The notes under the pieces were generated by a model. The model was not told the origin of the DNA and searched no databases. It saw only the letters and a list, made by a program, of their open reading frames with translations. A DNA stretch of 64,000 nt from Hypanus sabinus (lineage: Eukaryota), in NCBI RefSeq assembly GCF_030144855.1, contig NC_082713.1:51088001-51152000 (forward strand), in the 5' to 3' direction. Below are positions 40,901 through 52,900 of this stretch, piece after piece. Every line of letters begins with the position of its first letter. The first letter of the stretch is position 1. A program made the position numbers and the translations under genes.

Positions 40901-43900
40901 TGCATAGATTGCCATTCTGATCTTCTAGAGGATCAACTTTGTCCCAACTTTTGTTCTTCACATATCTGTAGAACCCCTCAGCTCGTCTGCTTAGAGCAAC
41001 CTCATTACTTCTTTTAGCCCTCCTAATTTCTATTTTAAGTGTTTTCTTGCATTTTTTATACTCCTCAAATACAGAATTGTTTCTACCTTCCAATACCTGC
41101 TATACACCTTTTTCTCTTAACCAGGGCCTCAATATTCCTCAAAAACCAAGGTTCCCTAAAACTCTTGGCTTTACCTTTTATTCTGAAAGGCACATACAAG
41201 CTTTGTATTCTCATAATTTCACTTTTGAAGGCTTCCCACTTACCAAGTACACCCTTGCCAGAAAACAGCTTGTTCTAGTCCACACTTTCCACATCCCTTC
41301 TGATACCATCAAAATTGGCGATCCTTCCGTTTAGAATCTGAGCCTGAGGACCAGACTGTCCCTTTCTATAATTACCTTGAAACTGATGGCATTATGATCA
41401 CTAGATGCGAAGTGTTCCCCTACACAAACTTCTGTCACCTGCCCTGTCTCATTCCGTAATAGCAGATCCAGCATTGCACGCTCTCTCATTGGAATGTCCG
41501 TGTGCTGATTAAGGAAACTTTCCTGAACACATCTGACAAACTCTATCCCATCTAGTCCTTTTACAGTATGGGAGACCTAGTCAATATGTGGAAGGTTAAA
41601 ATCACCTACTGTCATAACCTTGTGTTTCTTGCAACAGTCTGTAACCTCCCTACAAATTTGTTTCTCTAAGTCCTGCAGACTGTTGGGTGGTCTATAATAT
41701 AACGCAGTGAATGTGGTCATACCTTTCTTATTCCTCAGTTCCATCCATAAAGCCTCACTAGACGAGTTCTACAGTCTATCCTGACTGAGCACAGCCATAA
41801 CATTTTCCCTGACTAGTACCGCCACTCCTCCTCCTTTAACCCCTCCTACTCTGTCGCATCTAAAATGACAGAATCTCAGATTACTGAACTGCCGGTCCTG
41901 CCCCCCCTGCAACCAGTCTCATCAATGGCCACAATATCATAATTTCAGATGTTGATCCATGGCCTGAGCTTATCTACTTTCCTTACAATACTTCTTGCAT
42001 TGAAAAATACGCAGCTCAGAGGCATATCGGAGCAACATATATTAACCAACAGGTTCTGGAGATTTATAGCTTATTGTGCATCTCTTAATTTTTTGGAATA
42101 TTTTGAATATTATTGATGCATGCAAAATTTTTGCAGAATTCAATATTTGATCCTGGCTTGTGCTGTTGTTGTTAAACCATCCTTTGCTAGAATATGACAA
42201 TAGATGATTGTTTAATGAGGACACAGGCAGGTTCAGCTAGAATAATCTGTGGTGGTTCAGGTGTGTAGAGTTCTACTGAATGCTGCCTTAAGCAAGATAC
42301 ATGAAGATACTTCACATCTTTGGGGTGTCTGCTCAGGTGAGGCAGGAAAATTGGTTTAAAAAGAGTTTTTGCCAAGAATCAATGCACCATTGCAGATTTA
42401 AGAAGATCTAATACAATCTTTCTCTAATAGTGACACAGTTAAATGAACAAATAACTATTTGAATTGGCTTTGTATATGCAGCATCATAATAGATCCATCC
42501 GTTGATGTGGCAACATGCTGCGGCAAAAAAATAGTAGCCTGCAAATCTTGTTTGGCGATTATGCTTCAGGATTGTGACAGATGGGGGCTAGACATTTCCC
42601 CTCTTACCTTCTACTGCTGTTCCTCAGTGTGGAATACAGAAATGCTAGCAATATCCCCTTTGCAGGTAAACTCATCTCTGATTTCCACACATCTGTTGGA
42701 ATGCAGATAACAGAGATTCTTTACTGAGTCAAGGGCAGAGCACAAATGTACAGAACTGTATTATTTACTGAACTGGATTGTTAATGTTAGTTGAAGAAAT
42801 AAGTGTCAATAAATAGTTTGTTTATATTTTAGCTTATCAGTTCCATTTTAATCCATTTCTAATTCTGTGTTCTAAAGGCAAGGTGATACAACTGTGGCTA
42901 ATAAGAGAAGTCAAAGTCAACATAAAAGACAAAAGGAGGGCATGTAATAGAGAAAAAAATTAATGGGCAGTCAGAGGATTGGGAAACTTTTAAAAACCAA
43001 CAGAAGGCAACTAAAAAAGGTTATTAACAAGAAAAAGATAGATTACAAAAGTAAGCTAGCCAATAATATTAAAAAGGATACCAGAAATTTCTTCAGATAC
43101 ATAATGTAAAAGAGAGGCAAGAGTGGATATTGGATTGCTGGAAAATTGCTGGTGATGTAGTAATGGGGAACAAGGAAGTGGCAGATGAGCTGAATAAGTA
43201 TCTTGCATCAGTCTTTACTGTGGAAGACACAAGCAGTATGGTGGGAGTTCTAGGTATCGGGGTCATGAAGTGTGAAACGTTAGATTACTAGGGAGAAGGG
43301 TCTTGGGAAACTGAAAGATCTGAAGGTAAATAAGTCACCTGGACCAGATGGTGTACACCCCAGAGTTCTGAAAGAGGTGACTGAAGAGATTGTGCAGGCA
43401 TTAGTAATGATCTTTCAAGAATCAGTAGATTCTGGAATGGTTCCGGAAGATTGGAAAATTGCAAATGTCACTCCACTCTTCAAGAAAGGTGTGAGGCAAA
43501 AGAAAGGAAATTATAGGCCAATTAGTCTGACCTTGGTGGTTGGGAAGGTGTTGGAGCCGATTGTTAAGGATGTGATTTTGGAGTACTTGGATGCATGTGA
43601 TAAAATTGGCTAAAATCAGTATGGTTTCCTCAAGGGAAAATCTTGCCTGACATATCTGATGGAATTCTTTGAAAAAAAAACAATCTGGATAGACAAAGGA
43701 GAATCATTTGATGTTGTGTATTTGGATCTTCAGAAGGCCTTTGACAAGGTGCCACACATGCGACTGCTTAACAAGCTATGAGCCCATGGTATTACAGGAA
43801 AAATTCTGGTATGGATGCTGACTGTCAGGAGTCAAAGAATGGGAATAAAGGGAATATTTTCTGGTGACTAGAAGTGTTCCACAGAGGTCTGTGTTGGGAC

Positions 43901-46900
43901 CGATTTTTTTAATATATTTGTTAATGATTTGGATGATGGAATTGGTAGCTTTGTTGCAAAGTTTGCAGATGATATGAAACTAGGCAGAGGGACAGGTAGT
44001 TTTGAGGAAGTAGAGAGGCTACAGAAGAATTAGACAGATTAGGAGAATGGGTAAAGAAGGCAGATGTGTCAGGAAGTGTATGGCCATGCACTTTGGTAGA
44101 AGAAAAGAAAGAGTTGTCCATTTTCTAAATGGAGAGAAAATAGAAGAAACTGAGGTGCAAAGGGACTTGGGAGTCCTTGTGCAGGATTCCCTAAAGGTTA
44201 ATTTGCAGGTTGAGTTGGTGGTGCAGAAGGCAAATGCAATATTAGCATTCATTTCAAGAGGACCAGAATACAAAAGCAAGGATATAATGTCGAGTCTTTA
44301 TAAAGCACTGGTGAGGCCTCTCTTGGAGTATTGTGAGCAGTTTTGGGCCCCTTATCTCGGAAAGAATGTGCTGACATTGGAGAGAGCCCAGAAGAGGTAC
44401 AGAAGAATGATTCTGGGAATGAAAGGGATAACATAGCATTTGATGACTATGGGCCTGGAATTCAGAAGAATGTGGGATAATCTCATTGAAACCTATCGAA
44501 TAGTGAAAGGCCATGACAGAGTGGATGTGGAGAGAATGTTTCTTGCGGGAGAGTCTAAGACCAGAGAACACAGCCTCAGAATAGGTGAGGCATCCTATTA
44601 AAACAGAGATTAGAAGGAATTTCTTTAGCCAGAGGGTGGTGAATCTGTGGAATTTCTTGCCATGGGCAGCTGTGGAGGCCAAGTCTTTATGTATCTTTAA
44701 GGCAGAGGTTGGTTGGTCAGGACATGAAGGGATATGGGGAGAAGGCATGAAATTGGATTAGTCATGATGAAATGGCAGAGCAGACACGGTGGGCCAAATG
44801 GCCTAATTCTGTTCCTATATCTTATGGTCTCATTCCTTATCATTTTAAGTATTTTGTGATAAGTGCTACACCTCCTCCCTCCAGATAGTGCAAAAGACTG
44901 TAAGACATTGGAGCAGGCTTAGGCCATTCGGCCCATCGTGTCTGCTTCATCATTCCATCATGGCTGACTTATTATCCCTCTTAATCCCATTCTCCTGCTT
45001 TCACCCCATAATCTTTGATGACCTTACTAATCAACCTATCAACTATCAACCTATCAACCTATCAACCTATCAACTATCAAACTATCAACTATCAACCTAT
45101 ATTTTAAATATACCAAATGACCTGGCCTCCACAGCCATCTTGGTAATAAGTTCTACTGAGTCACCTCCTTCTGGCTAAAGAAATTCTTCCTCATCCCTTT
45201 TCTAAAGGGAAGTCCTATTCTGTGCCTTCTGCTCCTGGACTCTCCTACTATTAAGAAACATCCTCTCCATGTCCACTCTATTTGGACTTTTCAATATTTA
45301 ATAGGTTTCAATGAGATTCATTCTTGTTCTTCTAAACTCAGGATGTAATTATTGAAAACATTGTATGAAGGAAGTCTATTATCTACACTTGCACAGCAAG
45401 TACAAACACAGACTAAGAAACTCTTCTCATAAGTTAACCCTGTCATTCTGTGGACCGCCAGCAACGCTGTCACATCCTCTCCTAGATAAGGTGCGAAAAA
45501 CTGCTCACAGTAGTCCAAATGCAGTCTGACTAATGCCTTATAAAGCTTCAGCATTATATCTGGCTTTTATATTCTAATCCTCTCAAAATGAATGCTAACA
45601 TTGCATTTGCCACTGACTCAACCTGCAATTTACCTTTAAGGAATCCTGCACAAGGACGTCCAAGTTATGTTGCACCTCTGATTTCTGAATTTGTTTTCCA
45701 TTAGAACATAGTTTACACTTTTATTCTTTCTATTGAAGTACATGACCTTACACTCCCTACACTGTGTTTCATTTGCCATTTCTTTGCCGGTTCTCCTAAT
45801 CTCAGTCCTTCTGCAGATTCCTTTCTTCATCACTACCAGCCCCTTCATCTTTCTTTGTTTCATTCACAATCTCAGCCACAAAGCCATCAATTCCAGCATC
45901 CAAACTATTAACATATAGCGTGAAAAGCGGTTTTAACACCAACCTCTGCAAATCACCACCCGTGGGCTCATAACTTGTTCGGCAGCCTCATGTGTGGCAC
46001 CGTTTCAATGGCCTTCTGAAAATCCAAGTAAACAATATTCACTACTCTCCTTTGTCTATCCTGTCTGTTTTTCCTCAAAGAATTCCAACAGAAGTATCGG
46101 GCAAGATTTCCCCTGAGGAAACCATGCTAACTTCAGTCTATTTTATCGTGTGCCTCCCAGTACACAGTAACTTTATCCTTAATAATGAATTCCAACATCT
46201 TAACAGTCAGGTTAACTGGCCCATAATTTCCTGTCTTTTGCCTCTCACCCTTCTTCGTGTGGAGTGACATTTACAATTTTCCATTCCTCTGGAACCATTC
46301 CAGAATCTAGTGATTCCTTTCAGGTGAGGTGACATTTCACCTGCAAGTCTTTAAGAGTCATCTTTTGAATCCGATGCTCCTGGTGTAGCCTCCTTTATGT
46401 CGGTAAGACCCAGCACAGATTGAGAGACTGCCTTTTTGAGCACCTTTGTTCTATCCAGCAAAAAAAGTCATGATCTCCCTGTGACCATTTCAATTTGACT
46501 TTGCATTCCCATCCTGACATGTCTGTCCATGGCCTCCTGTAACTGCCGTGATGTGGCCTAGCTCAGGTTGGAAGAATGGCTTCTCATATTCTGCCTGAGC
46601 AGCCTCCAGTCTGATGGTGAGAACATTGATTTCTCCAACTCCTGGTAATCATTCAACACCCCCCCCCTTTTTTTAATTCCCTATTTTGGTTAGCCTCTCA
46701 CCCCCTCTCTAATCCTCACCTGCCTATCAGCTCCCTCCTGTCCCTCTCCTTCACTTTCTTCCATGGTCCACTGTCCCGTTCTTTCATATTCCTTTTTCAA
46801 CTCTTACACCTATCCCCTCGCAGCTTCTTACTTCACCCCTTCCCCCACCCACCAACTTCCCCATCAGCTGATCTCTCCTATCACCTGCCAGCTTCTACTC

Positions 46901-49900
46901 CATTCACTCACCTTTCCCCTTATTCTGGCTTCTGTCCCCTTTGCAGTCCTGAATGAAGGATCTTGATCCAAAACATAGACTGGTTATTCCCCTCAATAGA
47001 TGTTACCTGGCTTACTGGGTTTCTTCAACATTTTGTGTGTTCCCTTTAATTCTACAGGTTTTCATTATTTCCTTATATATGAACCATTTTCAAAGTGTGC
47101 TGTAGCAGAAGTACAAGAAATAAAAGAAATGCAATCAGCAGGCCAAATTTTTATCAAAGGAGTCATTTAAAGAATTGTAAGAGCAGATTTCTGTTCACTT
47201 CATAATTTTAAGAAGCAGCAAAGTACTTTCTTTCTGTTTGAACCACATTCTGACAATCTGAATCATTCCTATGAGCTGTTTGTGAAACGTATTTTGTTTC
47301 AACTATTCTGAATTAGATAATGATTATACATAGATAAGCAGTTGCTAGAGTTTTAACAGCTTTATTTATGTTTTGATTGCTACCAAACTTGATCTAAGTA
47401 ATGATCCCTTTGATTAAAATACAGGAAATTACGATGGGTTTGTTCACATGTTGCCAGCTTCATCTGTTTGAAATATTTAAAAACTTTTATTAGTCTTGAT
47501 AGCACTAACATTCTGGCTTTTTTTGATCCAATTAGTGTCACATCAATGATCTTAGAGTAGTCATAGCTTTCTAAATTCAGTTAATTATACTAATTTGTAA
47601 TTTAAAAAATACAAATTATAATACCATGTTTAAATGTATTGCAATTTCTGCTGTCTCAGGTCTCCTAAAAGATTGAGTAAAATAAAATATGTTGTCTTTT
47701 ATGTGATTGGTACCAACATACCCAATAAACAGCATGTCATTGTGCACTTCAGGCATAATTCTGATTGTTTGAATTAATTTTCCTTCTCTACTATCTTTTC
47801 TTATACCATTACTATCTTAATTTGCCATCACCTCCTAACGCTCTTGTTTCAGGAGCTTCATGACAAATTCTAGCAGCGTCATACTGTCATGATGTGAAAG
47901 ACCTGACTTAAGATTTTGTTTAACTCTGTCAGCGAGGTAACAGGAGAAAGTAAAATAGGTTTAACTTATTGTCTTATGCATAAATACAGTGAAGTACAAT
48001 ACAATGAAAATCTGGTTTGCAGCAGTATGCCTGTCATGTAGGTACAGACAATACACAGAATATAAGTTGTACATAAAATTATGAAATACAGTGGGTGGTG
48101 GGGGAGTCCGGGGTCTGCAAAAACAGGACTTGATACTCAAAAAAGGCAATTGAAGAGAAGTCCATGGTAGTGCTAGAAGTGATGCTCAATCTTCTTTTAA
48201 TCAGAATCAAGTCTAATATCACCAAGTCTATATCATCGTGAAATTTGTTGGTTTGTGGCAGCAGTACTTTGCAATATATAGTATTAACTATAAATTACAA
48301 TAAAAAGTATATACTCAAAATAAATTTAATCAAAAAATAAGGGAAAATACTGAGGAAGTGTTCATGAGTAAATTTCCATTCAGCAGTCTGATGGTGGAGG
48401 GGAAGAATTTGTTCCTGAAACATTGTGTTTGTGTGTCCTCGAGCTCCTGTACCTCCTTGATGGCAGTAATGAGAAGAGGGCATGTCCTGGAGATGGATGC
48501 ACTTTTTTAAGGCATCACCTTTTGATGGTGCCCTGGATGATGGGGAGGGTAATGCCTACGATGGAACTGGCTGAGTAGCCTCTCCATACCAGATGGTAAT
48601 GCAGTCCGTTAGAATACAGTCACTTTTCTTCTTTTATCTCTCATCCGTCCTAACTGGTCATCCTCCTGTTCTTTATATATGTATAGGACACCTTGGAGTT
48701 TTCCCTAATGGGACCTTCTTGTGTCCCCTTTTCGCTCTCCTATTGAAGGGAGTTGTGGTTACTGTGTCGGAAGTGCTCACCCACAGAGATCTGTCACCTG
48801 ACTAGTAACAGTATGGCCTCTCCTCTACCTGGCCTGTCTGTATATTGTGACAGGAATCCTGATGGTTGTAGGGAAATTGCTGTTCCTGAACCTGGTAGTA
48901 TGGGACTTCAGGCTTCTGTACCTCATGCCTGATTATAAAAGCAAGAAGAGTGCAGGGATTCTTGATAATAGGTGCTCCCTTCTTGAGGCAGTGGTTCCTG
49001 TAGATGTGGAAGTTGATAGGTTCTTGATTAGTAAGGGTGTCAAAGATCAAAGATTACAGGGAGAAGGCAGGAGAATGGGGTTGAGAGAGGTAATAAATCA
49101 GCCATGATGGAATGACTCAATGGCCCGAATAGCCTGATTCGGCTCCTGTTTGTTATGGTCTCATTTATTTCAGTGATCTGAATTCCAGCTGTGATATGTC
49201 ATCACCAAGTGACCAATGTAAAGACCTCACTTGTCAACTGAGCAACTTCTGGGTGTGGACAGTAAGATGGATGCTGCTTGGCTACTCTCTCTTAACATTT
49301 AGGCCTTTTGATTCTTTCACAGCTCCAGGAGAGGTGTAGGAAATTACCCACGTTGGTGGCTTGATTGGAAGCTTTGGGCCAAACTGGAATGAAATGTCCA
49401 GAGGGCCACACCCATAGATTATGTTTTGTACCATGATCCCGAAGACTTGAAAATAATAGAAGGAGCTAATGCAGAGATCAGTCAGATAACTTTGATATGC
49501 ATGAATAAGCCAACAAGCACAATGAAAATACATTATTATTGCTGGCAATAATAACATAGAAGAACTTGCTTGGGGAAGAAAAGATTAAGTGATCTCCTGG
49601 ATGTAATTAGAAAAAAATGAGATTCATCCAAATATTGAAGCGGAACCAGATAAGATACTAAGCGTACAGTAGAGTTAAAATTTTAGAAAAAATTGCAAGT
49701 AAATTGCATGATGATGTATGCATATATCTGGCCAAATTAATAGTGTATTCAGTCATAATGAAGGTTCTCAGCCTGAAACGTCGACTGTTAATTTGTCTCC
49801 ATGGATGCTGCCTGACCTAGCAAGTTCCTCCAGCGTTTTGGGTGTGTTACTCTGGATTTCCAGAATCTGCAGATCAGTTGTGCTAATAGTGTGTGATTTA

Positions 49901-52900
49901 GTGATTTTGTTTAAAATGAAATTTTGTAAGCCTATTTAACCTGACTGTTTGAAGCATATTTGCTGAATGGTGTATATTTAAATTCATAGGTTCCATAAAA
50001 TTGTGAAGAGAGTTAAACAAAAGGAGATCTTGAAGAAGTTTGAAGAACTAAGGAAGACTAATCCTGAGGCAGCTCTTGAGGAATTGAATAAAATGGAACA
50101 AATGCGAATGGAGGTGGAAAATCACATCTACTTAACTTTATATAGTCTACACATTTATGTATAGGCCATTATTTGTTTACAGCATCCAAACACAAAAAGT
50201 GCTAGATGCTTTAATAAATCAGTATCTATTTGAATTGCTACATTTGGGAGTAGTATAGTTCTTAAAGGGAAGTCAAGTTCATCGTTCATCCTTACTGCTG
50301 TTTATTTGGTAGGATCATACACACACATGCAGTAACTACTGCTAAGTTTTTATTAGTTCATTTATATATTGTGCTATGCAGTCCTTTCAATTTGTCATGT
50401 TTAGTATTTAGCTTTGACAGTATGTTGCATATTGACTTTATGGGTGCTGAATTTAGCAATTAGTCATAGAAAATGACAGTACAGAAACAGGCTTTTCTAC
50501 CCATCCAGTCCATGAAGATTCATTTATTCAGCCTGGTCCCCATCGATCTGCAACTGGACCATAGCCCAGTACCCTTCTCATCTGTGTACCTATACCAACG
50601 TATCTTGAAAGTTGAAATCAAAATTGCATCCACCACTTGCGCTGGCAGCTCATTCCACACTTTTACCACTCCAAGTGAAGAAGTTTCCCCTCATGTTCCC
50701 TTTTCATCCTTAACCCGTGACCTCTAGTTGTAATCTCAACCAACCTTAGTGGAAAAGGCTGCTTGCATTTACCCTGTCTATATCCTCTAAATTTTGTATA
50801 CATCAATCAAATCTTCTATGTTCTAGAAAATAAAGTTCTAACCTATTCATTCTTTCCTTATCTCTTCCCGGCAACATCCTTGTAAATTGTACTCTTTCAA
50901 TCTTATTTCCTGCAGGTAAGTTGGCCAAAACTGCACACAATACTTCAAATTAGGCCTCATCAATGTAATGTACAACTTCATAACATCCCAATTCCTGTAC
51001 TCAATACCTTGATCTATGAAGGCCAATGTGCACATGCTTTTTTAATGACTTTATCTACCTGTGATGCCAATTTCATTGAGTTATGGACAGGTATTTCCCA
51101 GATCTCTTTGTTCTTTGTACTCCTCACTGCTCTATTGTTCACTGTAAGAGACCTACCCTGGTTGGTCCTCCCAAAGTGCAACACCCCACAGCTGCTTACA
51201 TTAAATTCCGTCTGCCATTTTTCTGCCTATTTCTCCAAACAGTCCAGATTCCACTGCAAGCTCTGATAGTCTTCCTCGCTTTCCACTACACACCCAATCT
51301 TAGTGTCATCTGCAAGTTTGCTAACTAAGTTATCATGTAGATCATTGATATAGACAACAAACGACAATGGACCCAGCACTGATGCCTACACCATTCTGGT
51401 AGTCACAGGCCTCCAGTCAGAGAGGCAACCATCTACTACCACTCTCTGGCTTCTCCCACAAAGCCAATAACTAATCCAATTTCCTTATCTTGAATGCCAA
51501 GCAACCAAACTTTCTTGACCACCCTCCCATATGGGACTGTGTCAAATGCCTTGCTGAAGTCCATCTAGACAACATCCACTGCCTTGTCTTCAACAACTTT
51601 CCTGGTGACATCATTGAAAAATACTATAAGATTAGTTAGACGTGACCTACCACACACAAGGCCATTCTGACTATCCTTAATCAGTCCATGTCAATCTAAA
51701 TACTTGTATATCTGGTCTTTTAGAATACCTTCCAATAACTTTCCCACTAATGGTGTCAGGCTAAAATGCCTAAAATTTCCTGGTTTATTCTTGGAGCTTT
51801 TTTTAAACAGTGGAACAACATTAGCTATCCTCCAATCCTTCAGTACCCCACCTGTCTCTAAGGATGATTTAAATAAATCTGCTAGGGCCCCAGCAATATC
51901 TGCACTTGCCTCGCATGGTCCGAGGGCACACCTTGTCAGGCCCTGGGGATTTGTCCATCCTGTTTGCCTCAGGACAGCAAACACTTCCTCCTCTGTAAAC
52001 TGTATAGGGTCCATAACCTCACTGCTGCTTTGCCTCACTTCCATAGACTTTGTGTCTATACAGATGCAAAAAATCCATTTAAGATCTCCCCCATCTCTTT
52101 CAACTCCATGCATAGATTACCATTCTGATTTTCCAGAGGGTCAGTTTTGACCCTTACAATTTTTTTTTGCTCTTAACATATCTGTAGAAGTCCTTAGGAT
52201 TCTCCTTCACCTTGACTGTTAGAGCAACCTCATGCCTTTTCTTAGCCCTCCTGATTTCTTTCTTAAGTGCTGTCTTGTATTTCTTATACTCCTCAAGTAC
52301 CTTATTTGTTCCTACCTGCCAAAACCTGCTATGTAACTCCTTTTTTTTTCTTAACCGGAGCCTTTATATCACTCAGAAACCAAGGTTTTTAAACCAGATA
52401 GCTTTACCTTTTATTGTGACAGGCGCATACAAGCTTTGTACTCTGAAAATTTCACTTTTGAAGGCCTCCCACTTACCAAATACACCTTTGCCAGAAAACA
52501 GGCTGTTTCAATCCACACTTGCCACATTCTTTCTGATATTGTCAAAGTTAGCCTTTCTGTAATTTAGAATCTCAACCTGAGAAGCAGACCTATCCCTTTC
52601 CATAATCACCTTGAAACTAATGGCATCATGATCACTAGATGCAAAGTTCACAAATTTCTGTCAGCTGCTCTGTTTCATCTCCAGACAGGGGATTTTGTTG
52701 GGACTTCTACATTTTGATTAAGTAAACTTACTGAGTGCATTTGGCAGACTCTATCCCATCTAGTTCTTTTACAGTATGGAACTCTCAGTCTACATGTGAA
52801 AAGTTTAAAATCACCTATTCAAATCATTTGTTTCTGCAACCTCTATATGAATTTATTCCTCTAAATCCCACTGATGTTGGTGGTCTATAATATAGCCTCA

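Noticed and set aside
45030-45100. Short repeat array considered as CRISPR-like or telomeric
   Set aside because: No spacers and not TTAGGG; it is a simple slippage microsatellite in a CR1 tail.
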